A stretch of DNA of 64,000 bases from a virus (Duplodnaviria > Caudoviricetes): IMG/VR virus record IMGVR_UViG_3300044991_001466. One strand, given 5' to 3'. Shown in pieces: positions 19,651-30,841 of the stretch. Each line of letters begins with the position of its first letter. Position 1 is the first letter of the stretch. Both the position numbers and the translations under genes were made by a program. The notes under the pieces are model-generated. The model had not been told where the DNA came from and ran no database searches. It saw nothing but the letters and a program-made list of their open reading frames with translations.

Positions 19651-22092
19651 ATGAAAGTAAAGAAAAGAGATGGGTCCCTTGAGGAAATGAGATATGATAA
19701 AATTACAAGAAGAATAAGTATTTTTTGTAGTGATTTAAATTTAGAATATATTGACCCAACATATGTTACCTTAAAAGTAACACAAGGTATATATGATGGA
19801 ATTTCAACAACAGAATTAGATGTTTTAGCTGCTGAGACCGCAGCATCAATGACAACAACACATCCAGACTATGCTAAGTTATCTGGTAGATTGGCGGTTT
19901 CTAATTTACATAAAACCACACCAAAAAAATTCTCACAATGTATTAAAGAGTTATATTCTTTTATTGAACCAAAAACAGGGAAAGAATCTTCATTAATATC
20001 AACTGAGGTTTATGAGTTTGTCATGAACAATAAAGAATCACTTGACGGTTCAATTCATCAAGAAAGAGATTTAGAATTTGATTATTTTGGTTTTAAGACA
20101 TTAGAACGTTCATATCTTTTAAAAATAGGTTCACGAGTTGTAGAAAGACCACAGTATATGTACATGAGAGTTGCTGTAGGTATATGTAATGGAGATTTAT
20201 CAATGGCGTTAAGAATTTATGATGATTTGTCACAACATTATTATACACACGCAACACCAACATTATTTAATGCAGGAACAAAACGACCACAAATGTCATC
20301 TTGTTTTTTAATTGGAAATAAAGGAGACGATATCAACGGATTGTTTGATACTATTAAAGACGTTGCAAACATTTCTAAGTGGGCTGGCGGTATTGGATTA
20401 CATGTACATGATGTTCGTGCTAAGGGTGCATATATTAAAGGAACTGGTGGAGAATCTGATGGTATTGTACCAATGATGAAAACATATAATGAAGTTGCTC
20501 GTTGGATTAATCAAGGAGGAAAACGTAAAGGTTCATTTGCCGTTTATCTTGAACCATGGCATGCAGACGTTTTTGAATTTATTGATTTAAGAAAAAATAC
20601 AGGTAAGGAAGAAATGAGAGCAAGAGATTTATTCTTAGCTATGTGGACACCTGATTTATTTATGCAACGTGTTGAACAAGATGGTGATTGGTCTTTATTT
20701 TCACCAGATGAAGCTCCAGGTTTATCTGATGTATATGACACACCTGAAGAAAAGAAATTCACTAAGTTATATGAATCATATGAAAAGCAAGGAAGGGCAA
20801 GAAAAGTAATTAAGGCGAGAAAGTTAATGGACGCAATTTTAACTTCTCAAATTGAAACGGGAACACCTTATATGTTATATAAAGATCCCGCAAACTATAA
20901 ATCAAATCAAAAAAACTTAGGTACAATTAAATCTTCAAATTTATGTACCGAAATTATTGAATACTCTTCACCAACAGAACAAGCTGTTTGTAATTTGGCA
21001 TCAATCGCATTACCTAAGTATATCATTAACGGTGAGTTTAATCACGAAATGTTATATGAATATACCTACCAAGTTGTTAAAAACTTGAACAACGTAATCG
21101 ATTTAAATTTTTACCCAACCGAAGAAACAAAACGTTCAAATTTCAAACATCGACCTGTTGGTTTAGGGGTTCAAGGATTGGCGGATGTATTTTGTTTATT
21201 GGGTTTACCATTTGAAAGTGAATTGTCAGATACATTACAGACAGATATTTTTGAAACAATTTATTTTGCGGCATTAACATCATCTAAAGATTTGGCTAAA
21301 GAATTTGGACCATATGAGTCTATTGTTGGTTCACCTATTGAAAAAGGTATTTTCCAATATGAAATGTGGGGTAAAAAAGATTCAGATTTGTCAGGTCGTT
21401 GGGATTGGAAATCTTTAAGAAAAGAAATAAAATCCAATGGTGTTAGAAACTCATTATTAGTTGCACCGATGCCAACAGCATCTACAGCACAGATTTTAGG
21501 AAATAATGAGGCGTTTGAACCATTTACAACTAACTTATATTCTCGTAGAACATTAGGTGGTGAATTTATTGTTATCAATAAACATTTAGTTAAAGAACTA
21601 ATTAAATTAAATGTTTGGAATGACAACTTAAAAAATAAATTAATAATGGAAAATGGGTCAGTTCAAAATATCCCTGAAATACCTACCGAAATAAAAGAAA
21701 GATATAAAACTGTTTGGGAAATGTCACAAAAGAGAATTCTACAAATGGCGGCAAATAGAAGTGTTTTTATTGACCAATCTCAATCTTTAAATTTATTTAT
21801 TGATAATGCAACTAAACCTAAATTATTGGCGGCGCATTTATTTGGTTGGAAATTAGGATTAAAAACGGGTATGTATTATTTAAGAACAAGAGCTGCGGTG
21901 GATGCGTTAAAAGGTTTGGGTATTGATATGTCAAGTTCAAAACCTGTGGAACAAAATCCTGGACAACAAACTGCGGTGTTTTTATCCACCCCAACAAATA
22001 ACACATTAATAAGTGAAGAAACTCCGGAAATGGAAATGACAACTGTAAAACCAACAGATTCTCCATTTGATTGTGAGGGTTGTGGTTCTTAA
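19651..22092 (+). CDS. nrdA: Ribonucleotide reductase class Ia alpha subunit with ATP cone
   Basis: VKKRDG ATP cone, ATPTLFNAG, SNLCTEI, APMPTAST and C-terminal CEGCGS. Confidence 0.97.
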   Translation: MKVKKRDGSLEEMRYDKITRRISIFCSDLNLEYIDPTYVTLKVTQGIYDGISTTELDVLAAETAASMTTTHPDYAKLSGRLAVSNLHKTTPKKFSQCIKELYSFIEPKTGKESSLISTEVYEFVMNNKESLDGSIHQERDLEFDYFGFKTLERSYLLKIGSRVVERPQYMYMRVAVGICNGDLSMALRIYDDLSQHYYTHATPTLFNAGTKRPQMSSCFLIGNKGDDINGLFDTIKDVANISKWAGGIGLHVHDVRAKGAYIKGTGGESDGIVPMMKTYNEVARWINQGGKRKGSFAVYLEPWHADVFEFIDLRKNTGKEEMRARDLFLAMWTPDLFMQRVEQDGDWSLFSPDEAPGLSDVYDTPEEKKFTKLYESYEKQGRARKVIKARKLMDAILTSQIETGTPYMLYKDPANYKSNQKNLGTIKSSNLCTEIIEYSSPTEQAVCNLASIALPKYIINGEFNHEMLYEYTYQVVKNLNNVIDLNFYPTEETKRSNFKHRPVGLGVQGLADVFCLLGLPFESELSDTLQTDIFETIYFAALTSSKDLAKEFGPYESIVGSPIEKGIFQYEMWGKKDSDLSGRWDWKSLRKEIKSNGVRNSLLVAPMPTASTAQILGNNEAFEPFTTNLYSRRTLGGEFIVINKHLVKELIKLNVWNDNLKNKLIMENGSVQNIPEIPTEIKERYKTVWEMSQKRILQMAANRSVFIDQSQSLNLFIDNATKPKLLAAHLFGWKLGLKTGMYYLRTRAAVDALKGLGIDMSSSKPVEQNPGQQTAVFLSTPTNNTLISEETPEMEMTTVKPTDSPFDCEGCGS

Positions 22093-22123
22093 GATATTTG
22101 TATCAATTTTAAAATAGTATATT

Positions 22124-22149
22124 AAATCCAACTTAGGTTGGATTTTTTA
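22124..22149 (+). terminator. Intrinsic terminator after nrdA
   Basis: AAATCCAAC-TTAG-GTTGGATTT hairpin followed by T-rich sequence. Confidence 0.85.
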
Positions 22150-22185
22150 TTTATTACCATTTTAGTATTGTTTATATTTATTGTT

Positions 22186-22638
22186 ATGGCAGTAACATAT
22201 GGTATAGATTTCCCTTTTAGGGATAGTCTCCAAGGTAAGTTTATAAAGATGACTAGTAGTCCTGAAAGAGAGATTAGAGCCAATCTAATTCATCTTTTAT
22301 TGACAAAAAAAGGAAGTAGGTATTATCTACCTGATTTTGGGACTAGATTATATCAATATATTTTTGACCAAAACGATAGCGTGACGTTTAATTTAATTGA
22401 AGATGAAATTAGGGAATCTGTAAAAAAGTATATACCAAATTTAGATATCAATTCAATTTTGGTTATGTCGGCAGAAGATGACCCTGACCATACAACTACA
22501 TTTACAGAAAATGAAGATGAAAGACTTTTTAGAGTAAGTGACAATGCAACTAAACCATACACTGCGGTGGTTAAAATAAACTACACAGTTAATAACGGAG
22601 CTTTTTCATCTTCGGACTTTATAATATTAAACATATAA
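22186..22638 (+). CDS. Baseplate wedge protein, gp25-like
   Basis: GIDFPF...IRANLIHLLLTKKGSRYYLPDFGTRL. True start is probably the ATG at 22186; the track's start at 22138 lies inside the terminator. Confidence 0.85.
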   Translation: MAVTYGIDFPFRDSLQGKFIKMTSSPEREIRANLIHLLLTKKGSRYYLPDFGTRLYQYIFDQNDSVTFNLIEDEIRESVKKYIPNLDINSILVMSAEDDPDHTTTFTENEDERLFRVSDNATKPYTAVVKINYTVNNGAFSSSDFIILNI

Positions 22639-22639
22639 A

Positions 22640-24472
22640 ATGGCTAAAAAAATATCATACGCAACCAGAGATTTCGCTGGATTAAGACAAGAGTTAGTAA
22701 ACCTAACTACCGAATACTATCCTGATTTAATCAAGAACACAAACGACGCATCCATATTCTCGGTATTATTAGATTTGAATGCTGCGGTTGCGGATAATTT
22801 ACATTTCCACATTGATAGAGTTTGGCAAGAAACTATGTTGGACTTTGCACAACAAAGACAATCGTTATTTCATATTGCAAAAACATATGGTATTAAGATA
22901 CCAGGTAATAGACCTTCAGTTTCTTTAGCTGATTTCTCAATAAATGTTCCTGTTAGAGGCGATAAGGAAGACGAAAGATATTTGGGTACAATTAGAATTG
23001 GTGCTCAAGTTTCAGGTGCGGGTCAAATATTTGAGTCTATTACTGATATTGATTTTTCAAGTCCTTTTAATGACAAAGGTGAACCAAATCGATTAAAAAT
23101 ACCAAATTTTGATAGTAACAATACATTAGTATCATATACAATAACTAAAAGAGAACCTGTCGTTAATGGGGTTTCAAGAATATATAGAAGGGTTATCACA
23201 GAATTAGACCAAAAACCTTTTTTAAGACTTTATTTACCTGAACAAAATGTATTAGGAGTTACTTCAGTTATTCATAAGGATGGTACAAGTTTTAACGCTA
23301 ATCCAACGTCTAGTGAATTTACAACGATAACAAATAAATGGTATGAAGTTAAATCTTTAATACAAGATAAAGTTTTCATCCCCGACCCAACTGCGGTATC
23401 TGACAAAGATAATTTTAAGGCGGGAAAATATATTAATGTTGTAAATAAATTTTATACGGAACATACCCCTGAAGGTTATTATTCTTTGACATTTGGTTCA
23501 GGAAATGTAGACCCATTGGATAATTTAGACAATTACATGAATGGTTCACTTAAAGTGAACTTAGCAAGTTATTTGAATAACATGTCTTTGGGGTCAATAC
23601 CAAAAGCTGGTACCACATTATTTGTTAAGTACAGAATTGGTGGTGGAAAAAGTTCAAACTTAGGTGTGAATGTTATTAACAGTGTGGATGAGGTTGAATT
23701 TAATGTAAACGGTCCAAACGGAACTGTTAATAGTCAAGTAGTTAGTTCATTAAGAGTATCCAATGTAACTCCCGCAATCGGTGGTGCTGACCAACCAACA
23801 ATCGAAGAAATTAGAAACATGGTTGCATATAATTTTGCAGCACAAAATAGAGCGGTAACATTAAATGATTATAAATCATTAATTGAAACGATGCCATCTA
23901 CATTTGGTGCACCGGCTAAAGTTAATGTAATGGAAGAAGATAATAAAGTTAGAATTAAATTACTATCATATGATGATTTGGGTAATTTGACTGACACAGT
24001 TTCTAACACATTAAAGAATAACATTATAAATTATCTTTCTGAATATAGAATGATAAATGACTATATAGACATTGCAAGTGGTGAGGTTATAGATTTTGGT
24101 TTAGAGATTGATTTACATATTGATAAAAATGAAAACCCAACTGACATTGTTAGAACGGTTATTCAAAACACAACAAGTTTCTTTGCCATTGAAAAAAGAA
24201 AAATGGGAGACCCATTGTTTGTTGGTGATTTAAAAAGAGAAATTGGTAATGTTGGTGGAGTGACTAACGTAATTGATGTTCGCGTTTTTAATAAAATTGG
24301 AGGTCAATATTCTTCAACTGAAGTATCTCAATCATATAGTGATACTTTAACAAAAGAAATTTTACAATCAGATATGACCATTTTTATGAAATCAAATCAA
24401 ATTTTTCAAATTAGGTTCCCAAATATTGATATAAAAGTGAGGACCAAAACATTAGGAACGACTACATATTAA
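22640..24472 (+). CDS. Baseplate wedge subunit (gp6/baseplate J-like)
   Basis: RDFAGLRQEL N-terminus and AQNRAVTLNDY motif; follows gp25. Confidence 0.85.
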   Translation: MAKKISYATRDFAGLRQELVNLTTEYYPDLIKNTNDASIFSVLLDLNAAVADNLHFHIDRVWQETMLDFAQQRQSLFHIAKTYGIKIPGNRPSVSLADFSINVPVRGDKEDERYLGTIRIGAQVSGAGQIFESITDIDFSSPFNDKGEPNRLKIPNFDSNNTLVSYTITKREPVVNGVSRIYRRVITELDQKPFLRLYLPEQNVLGVTSVIHKDGTSFNANPTSSEFTTITNKWYEVKSLIQDKVFIPDPTAVSDKDNFKAGKYINVVNKFYTEHTPEGYYSLTFGSGNVDPLDNLDNYMNGSLKVNLASYLNNMSLGSIPKAGTTLFVKYRIGGGKSSNLGVNVINSVDEVEFNVNGPNGTVNSQVVSSLRVSNVTPAIGGADQPTIEEIRNMVAYNFAAQNRAVTLNDYKSLIETMPSTFGAPAKVNVMEEDNKVRIKLLSYDDLGNLTDTVSNTLKNNIINYLSEYRMINDYIDIASGEVIDFGLEIDLHIDKNENPTDIVRTVIQNTTSFFAIEKRKMGDPLFVGDLKREIGNVGGVTNVIDVRVFNKIGGQYSSTEVSQSYSDTLTKEILQSDMTIFMKSNQIFQIRFPNIDIKVRTKTLGTTTY

Positions 24473-24529
24473 AATGTTTTTAGTTTATAATAGTGGAAAA
24501 TGGGATAGTTTCTATTTATTATAAGAACC

Positions 24530-27500
24530 ATGCAGAAACATAGAATTTCAACAAATATAGGGAAGGACCAAAGAGTCACAGTCGAAATTAAACAAGATTA
24601 CGACTTGCTTGAAATTTTGTCTTTAAAATTTAGTCAACAAGACATCTACACATCCCTTTGTGCTGATTATGGGGTTGTTTGCGGTAGGGTAACAGCGAAT
24701 GACGGGTTTGGTATTCCAAACGCTAAAGTATCGATTTTTGTACCCCAATTAACTATACATTCGGATGACCCGGTTATATCTGCATTATACCCATACACAT
24801 CAATATCAGAAAAAGACGAAAATAACTATCGATACAACTTATTACCGGCAAGAAAACAACATGGTGGACACGTACCAACCGGTACATTTCCCGACCAAAC
24901 TGAAATTTTAACAAGAGAAGAATACTTGGAGGTATATGAAAGTTATTACACATATACCGTTAAGACTAATGAATCGGGTGATTTCATGATTTGGGGGGTT
25001 CCTTTAGGTCAACAAACAATAAATGTTGATATTGATTTATCTGACATTGGATGCTTTTCTTTAAGACCATATGACTTTATTAAAAAGGGAGTTGGTATTG
25101 ACCAATTTGATAGGTACTACAATTTTAAATCGGGTTCAGATGTAGATGGTTTACCACAAATTGTTAATTTTCAAAAAACAGTTGAAGTATATCCGTTCTG
25201 GGGTAATATAGATTTATGTCAGATTGGTATAACAAGAACTGATTTTGACTTGTTAGATAAGGGAATTAAAATTGAACCAATATCATTAATTTTAGCTTCC
25301 ACCATTACAGATGATAATGGGGATGCGATTAAAAGAAGTGGTGTAATTAGACGTAAGTCTGGTTACAAATGTAATTTACAAACAACAGAGGGTAGAATTG
25401 AAGCGGTTAGATATACAGGTAATAAAATACTTGGTTCTGATAAAGTTACGTTATATCCTGAATTGGAATATTTTAATCCGAGTGAATCTATTGATTCAGA
25501 TGGAACCGCAATGGTTGTATTACCAATGAACATGGAGTATGTTTACACAAATGAATTTGGTGAACAAGAAATAACAAACGATATAAATAAAGGAATACCA
25601 ACCACAACGGTTGCACGTTTTAGATTTACCTTAGATGGTAACAACGATAAAACAGGTACTGCAAAATATTTGGTTCCACAAATTAGAGAGTATAATAAAA
25701 ACGCTAATGGGTCAAATAATTTAGGTGAATATGACGAAGAGTTATTAACTACTTATCAATTCTCAAATGTTTTTGAAGATTATTTAAATATTGTACCACC
25801 GGAAGGTGTTACGACATCTGTAATGTCATCCGAATTTAGTGATGATAAAAAGGATTTGATGTTAGGTAAAAATAATGGTGGAGTACCTGAAGATGTTTTT
25901 TATAAATTTATTTTTGGTAAGGTATATACGGTTTCATCATTTCAAGGTTCTCATTATGAAACATCAGGAGTTGAGAATTTTTTAGGACTATCAAGAAAAG
26001 ACGCCTTCTTAGGGATTAAAGAAATTAGACCAAGTGTTGAAGATGATTGTGCTTCTAAAGCAAATTATTTCCCAACAAATTTTGGATTTAGAAATAGAAT
26101 AAAATTTGGATTAATTGTTTCTGAAATATTATTGTTTTTACAATATATTTTTACAATAGCGTATATTTTTATTATTGAAACATTGGCAGGTACATTGTGG
26201 TCTATTGCAAGATTTTTAGGACCTAAAGATTATACCTTTGCAGATCATCCATTTTTTGATTTTTCGGTTAAATTAATAAAACTGGCATATGATTTACAAG
26301 AATCGGGTCAAACTGTTTTACCGTTAACCACATATCCGGATTGTGAAGAATGTACTTCTGATGTGGATACTGTTGACCCCTCAAATAACACAACATTTGT
26401 CATTGAAGAAGGATGTAAAAAATATGATAAATTCTACAATGAGAGTTTAGTTTATGCTTATATATGGTCAAATGATGGTAGTTACGGTAGAAATGATTTA
26501 CCATCTAATAGTGGTAACAAAAATGGTCCTAGTTGGACACAAGCGTCTGTACGAATTTCTTATGGTTATTTAAAAACAACAAACCCGTGGCATTTATTAG
26601 GAAAACCATATTATGAAAGTACTCCAAATTTAAAAGAACAACTAACCAGTCCAGGGTCTGGTTGGACAATAATGGCTGCGGTTGTCGGTGCAACTGGCGT
26701 TAATGTTAATATTAATGTTTCCGGAACGGCCTACGATGTCTCCACATTTAACACAACAACAAGAAGATTACCGAATGTTGTTGATAATGAGGGAGGATTA
26801 TTATATTATAATAAAAAAACAAAATCAGGATTAACTGAGATTAGAGATGGTGTTATTACTATTGTACCAGTAATTGATGGGGAATCAAAAAATTTAAGTG
26901 TAATTAAAGAATGGTATAAAAGAAAAAGAGTTGGTGTATTTTTCTGTGGTGGAGTTGTTAACTATTCATTTATTGATAACTGGTTAAACGGAATTTTATA
27001 TTTCTTCAAATTTGACAAAAGAGTTAGATGGGATGATGAGGCTGCGTTAGATTTAAACCAAAGAGGTACAAAGTATCCGAGAGAATTGGTATTTTTTAAT
27101 GTTTTAGATAAAGAATTTTATTATAGAGCAACACCATATAACCCAACAAGTGGATTTATTGGACAAAAATATTTTGATATTTATGGTAATCTAAAATATA
27201 GAGAAATTTTACACCCAACAACATTTTATGATGTTGGTGTTAGAGATGAATTCTTATTTGAGATTTGTCAAGATCCAAGAGTTGATGCAACCTGTTCGGT
27301 TGTTAGAGATATTAATGCAACATCTTATCAAGATCCGGCAAATATTGTTGAATATGCAATTAACTATAGATTAGACACAAACAACGGTAATTTTGATGTA
27401 GGTGATTTTTTCACTGGAACAGGAATGGGAACTAACGTGAATGTATTTGATGGTGACATCACACAACTAATGTCAATAAATTGTGAAGCGGGTATTGAGG

Positions 27501-29074
27501 CATTTGACTTAGATAGTCCACATTATTTCTTTTACAATGGAGAAATAATGGACCCTGAAGACCCTACGTTAGTTGATTTTTTTACCGATGGAAATGGTAA
27601 TTATGGTCCAACACCTATTGATTTAAAATTAGATAATAATGGTGCATTTATTAGACAATGTTTAAATTTTAGATTAGGAGATTATACACAAAAAGTACCT
27701 TTTTATTTGTGGGATAAAAAAGGATATGGTGATGTGGGATTTGGTTCATTCGATCCAGATTTATTAGATGACCAACAATGGGATAAGACTGTAATTGCGG
27801 TTGAACCATTACAAAGATTACATTCAATCTCAGGAATGGCAAATTCAGGTATATTTTCAACTGAAAATACTACAAACTATGTTATGGCAGATGGAGAAGA
27901 AGAATATCTTTTAAAACCAATCACTAAAGACCATCCTGGTTATGTCTTTGATGGTGACTATGCCGATATGTTAGAGAGATTTGAAAACATTAGTTTTTTG
28001 GCACCAAGTGGGTCTGCAGTTGGTTATGTTGAGGGAGACGTATGGTTACAAGTTACGTCAGGTACAAAGAAAAATCCGTTAGGTGGTAACATATATGTTG
28101 TGGTAGATGAGACTTGGACCTTAGAACCAAATCAATATGTTTCCGGTTCTAAAGAAACCTTCTTATTTAAAACAATAAATAATTACACAGGAAGCAAACA
28201 AGTATTATCAACACCGTTCTTATTTTATTTTGGTTTGAGACCAGATAAAACATCTTTGGATACCTTAATAAAATATTATGGACCTAAGGGTGTATTCCCA
28301 TCAACAGATTCTTGTGTGAATATTGATGTTGTAAGTGATCCATTGGCATCACCAACACCAACACCAACACCAACGCCAACCACTACGATTGGAGGTACTC
28401 CAGTTGGAACACCACCAGCAACTCCTGTTGCGTCCCCAACCGCAACACCATATTATAGATATTACAAATTACAAAGGTGTTCCGATAATGAAATTTTCTA
28501 TTCAATAAAATATATTAATGACACATTTGATTATGGACAACGAGTTTACTCTAGTTCTCAAGATATTTCATATGTGATTACCGATAAGTTAAATGCAACA
28601 TTAACTCCGGGAACCACTGGTGCAATACCCGATAATATTAGTTCGTATAGTTTATTACAAATCACCAGATCATTTGATGTTAATTCATTAGAACCATTAT
28701 TTGGTTGTCCAGACACGGGTGTATCAACACCTAATTACACTAGAATAACATTAATACGTGGAGGTACCAATACTTGGTATAATGGAACATATGCTAAAGA
28801 ACAACTTTGTGGTAAAACCCCAATATCAGCATTTAATTATGTACAAGGAGAAACAGGAGGTGGTAATATTTTCACCAAATTTATTAATTATATTCCTGGA
28901 AGTATGACACCATCAACAACATATAATGTATGGGACGAAGAAGATAGATTTACACCATTTAATGGAGGCAATTATAACTATGGAGTTATGATACCTGAAT
29001 CTGGCGCAACAATTACACATATTGTTGAAGTTTCATCAAGTGGACAAATAACTAACTGGCGTAGTTGTACGTAA
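24530..29074 (+). CDS. Large virion structural protein (N-terminal carboxypeptidase-regulatory-like Ig domain, internal hydrophobic segment, TPTP linker)
   Basis: 1514 aa; VVCGRVTANDGFGIPNAKVSIF; located in the baseplate module. Confidence 0.55.
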   Translation: MQKHRISTNIGKDQRVTVEIKQDYDLLEILSLKFSQQDIYTSLCADYGVVCGRVTANDGFGIPNAKVSIFVPQLTIHSDDPVISALYPYTSISEKDENNYRYNLLPARKQHGGHVPTGTFPDQTEILTREEYLEVYESYYTYTVKTNESGDFMIWGVPLGQQTINVDIDLSDIGCFSLRPYDFIKKGVGIDQFDRYYNFKSGSDVDGLPQIVNFQKTVEVYPFWGNIDLCQIGITRTDFDLLDKGIKIEPISLILASTITDDNGDAIKRSGVIRRKSGYKCNLQTTEGRIEAVRYTGNKILGSDKVTLYPELEYFNPSESIDSDGTAMVVLPMNMEYVYTNEFGEQEITNDINKGIPTTTVARFRFTLDGNNDKTGTAKYLVPQIREYNKNANGSNNLGEYDEELLTTYQFSNVFEDYLNIVPPEGVTTSVMSSEFSDDKKDLMLGKNNGGVPEDVFYKFIFGKVYTVSSFQGSHYETSGVENFLGLSRKDAFLGIKEIRPSVEDDCASKANYFPTNFGFRNRIKFGLIVSEILLFLQYIFTIAYIFIIETLAGTLWSIARFLGPKDYTFADHPFFDFSVKLIKLAYDLQESGQTVLPLTTYPDCEECTSDVDTVDPSNNTTFVIEEGCKKYDKFYNESLVYAYIWSNDGSYGRNDLPSNSGNKNGPSWTQASVRISYGYLKTTNPWHLLGKPYYESTPNLKEQLTSPGSGWTIMAAVVGATGVNVNINVSGTAYDVSTFNTTTRRLPNVVDNEGGLLYYNKKTKSGLTEIRDGVITIVPVIDGESKNLSVIKEWYKRKRVGVFFCGGVVNYSFIDNWLNGILYFFKFDKRVRWDDEAALDLNQRGTKYPRELVFFNVLDKEFYYRATPYNPTSGFIGQKYFDIYGNLKYREILHPTTFYDVGVRDEFLFEICQDPRVDATCSVVRDINATSYQDPANIVEYAINYRLDTNNGNFDVGDFFTGTGMGTNVNVFDGDITQLMSINCEAGIEAFDLDSPHYFFYNGEIMDPEDPTLVDFFTDGNGNYGPTPIDLKLDNNGAFIRQCLNFRLGDYTQKVPFYLWDKKGYGDVGFGSFDPDLLDDQQWDKTVIAVEPLQRLHSISGMANSGIFSTENTTNYVMADGEEEYLLKPITKDHPGYVFDGDYADMLERFENISFLAPSGSAVGYVEGDVWLQVTSGTKKNPLGGNIYVVVDETWTLEPNQYVSGSKETFLFKTINNYTGSKQVLSTPFLFYFGLRPDKTSLDTLIKYYGPKGVFPSTDSCVNIDVVSDPLASPTPTPTPTPTTTIGGTPVGTPPATPVASPTATPYYRYYKLQRCSDNEIFYSIKYINDTFDYGQRVYSSSQDISYVITDKLNATLTPGTTGAIPDNISSYSLLQITRSFDVNSLEPLFGCPDTGVSTPNYTRITLIRGGTNTWYNGTYAKEQLCGKTPISAFNYVQGETGGGNIFTKFINYIPGSMTPSTTYNVWDEEDRFTPFNGGNYNYGVMIPESGATITHIVEVSSSGQITNWRSCT

Positions 29075-29089
29075 TAAAAAAATATAAAA

Positions 29090-30841
29090 TTGGAAGAGAA
29101 TAAAAAAATAGTATTACCAAGTAAAAAGTTTGCCAACGCACCTGACGAAGAATTAGATTTAAAATTAAATCTTGATACTTCAGAATCTTTGCTAAGAATT
29201 GGTGAAAGGGATATTGTATTGGATGTTGCCAAGTTATATTCTAAAGAAAGAAATGACTCCATTAATTATAAAATTTATGGTAAGTTAAAAATGATTTTTC
29301 GTAATCTTTATTGTGGAAATACAGATTATACTTATTTGAAAGATAGATTATATTTGGTTGGAGATGGGACAACTACAGACCATACTGGTTTTTTACCATA
29401 TGATGAATTTGCGTTCATGAGACGTGATGTTTACCGAGAGATTAATACTTCAGAAACAAGAGATACTGTACCCACATTATTTACAAAAAATATATCTTAT
29501 ACTGGTTCAACTTCTCACACAACTATAACCCCAATTAATGCTCCATATCAAAATTGGAATTTATATTTAAGTTATGTTTATAGTGGAGATACTAATTTCC
29601 CAATGACATATAGTTTAACTGGTAGTACATATAGTGGTTTTACCGCTAACGATGGTATACCATTTAGGGTAACATACACTGGTGGAACATATTACGAATT
29701 AACAAGTCCTGTTGAACATGGAATGACTAATGGTGATTATATCGTTTTATCAGGAGGAACATTTACAGGTAACGCATCGGGAAGAACATATTCAATCACA
29801 AGTGTTGGAAATGAAATTTATGGTTCAGAAAAATATGTTGTTAATATTCTTAAATCACAAATACCTAAAACTAATATTTTTAATATCATCATGTTTGGTA
29901 AGAGATGCTTGGATATAAATAACATATCGGCATCAACATCAACCTATTATGTACATAAACATAAAACATTAACAGATGTTAATGGATATATTTTAGATAA
30001 AGTCGGATTTGAAACTCCAATATGGGAAGATGAAAAGAAATTAGTATTTGAAAATTTTTCAGGTGCTAATGATGTGTTGGTTGAAAGAAATAGAATGGAA
30101 TCTGTCTTATATGATTTTAAAGAACCATTTAAGTTAAGTGGGTTAACAAACAATTTAGGATTTACACCAACGGAAGTTTATGTAACCGCATTGTTTAGAA
30201 ATGGAAATGGATATTTTAATTACCCACCAAAAGTTGGTTACAAATTTAATTTTCATGATACTTGGATTGACCGTCAATTTAGTGGAACAACAGCAAATGA
30301 AACGAGTTTAAGTGGAGAAACATTTACAAGAGATTCTTTCACATTTACTAGTGGGAATACAATTCCTATTGATACGATATTAAATGGTGCCTTTGTTGAA
30401 TATAATCCAAAGGAGATGAAAGAGAGAATTGTAAGTGAATCTTTTCATAAAATAACAAACCCAACGACAATTTTTGACCATAGTCAAACCGTAGGGTCAT
30501 TAAATGCTTCATCTGATAATTTAGAGGGGTTATTATATCAACCACATTACAGAGTTAAATTAAGAGAGTTGTCACCATATGTTGAAACGGCAACAACCAA
30601 TGATATTTTTAATTTACCTGAAAATACAAATTATGATGCAGATGAAAATGTTTGGAGATGGAGAGATTTATATGACCAAGGTTATGTAGACCAAGATGGT
30701 TATGGTACTAATTTTCCATTTGTAAATGGTACACACTATGTTAGAACAAATATTAATTTCTATTTAAGAAATGAAAGATATTATACAAATAAACAGGATG
30801 GAGTTACCAACTTCAACAATAGAAAAAATATTAATTGTTAA
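29090..30841 (+). CDS. Virion structural protein
   Basis: 583 aa, Thr/Gly/Tyr-rich, in the tail module. Confidence 0.5.
   Translation: MEENKKIVLPSKKFANAPDEELDLKLNLDTSESLLRIGERDIVLDVAKLYSKERNDSINYKIYGKLKMIFRNLYCGNTDYTYLKDRLYLVGDGTTTDHTGFLPYDEFAFMRRDVYREINTSETRDTVPTLFTKNISYTGSTSHTTITPINAPYQNWNLYLSYVYSGDTNFPMTYSLTGSTYSGFTANDGIPFRVTYTGGTYYELTSPVEHGMTNGDYIVLSGGTFTGNASGRTYSITSVGNEIYGSEKYVVNILKSQIPKTNIFNIIMFGKRCLDINNISASTSTYYVHKHKTLTDVNGYILDKVGFETPIWEDEKKLVFENFSGANDVLVERNRMESVLYDFKEPFKLSGLTNNLGFTPTEVYVTALFRNGNGYFNYPPKVGYKFNFHDTWIDRQFSGTTANETSLSGETFTRDSFTFTSGNTIPIDTILNGAFVEYNPKEMKERIVSESFHKITNPTTIFDHSQTVGSLNASSDNLEGLLYQPHYRVKLRELSPYVETATTNDIFNLPENTNYDADENVWRWRDLYDQGYVDQDGYGTNFPFVNGTHYVRTNINFYLRNERYYTNKQDGVTNFNNRKNINC

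Noticed and set aside
22138-22185. Hydrophobic N-terminal extension on gp25 in the ORF track
   Set aside because: It is an artefact of an upstream TTG inside the nrdA terminator. The ATG at 22186 follows the late motif and gives the typical gp25 start.
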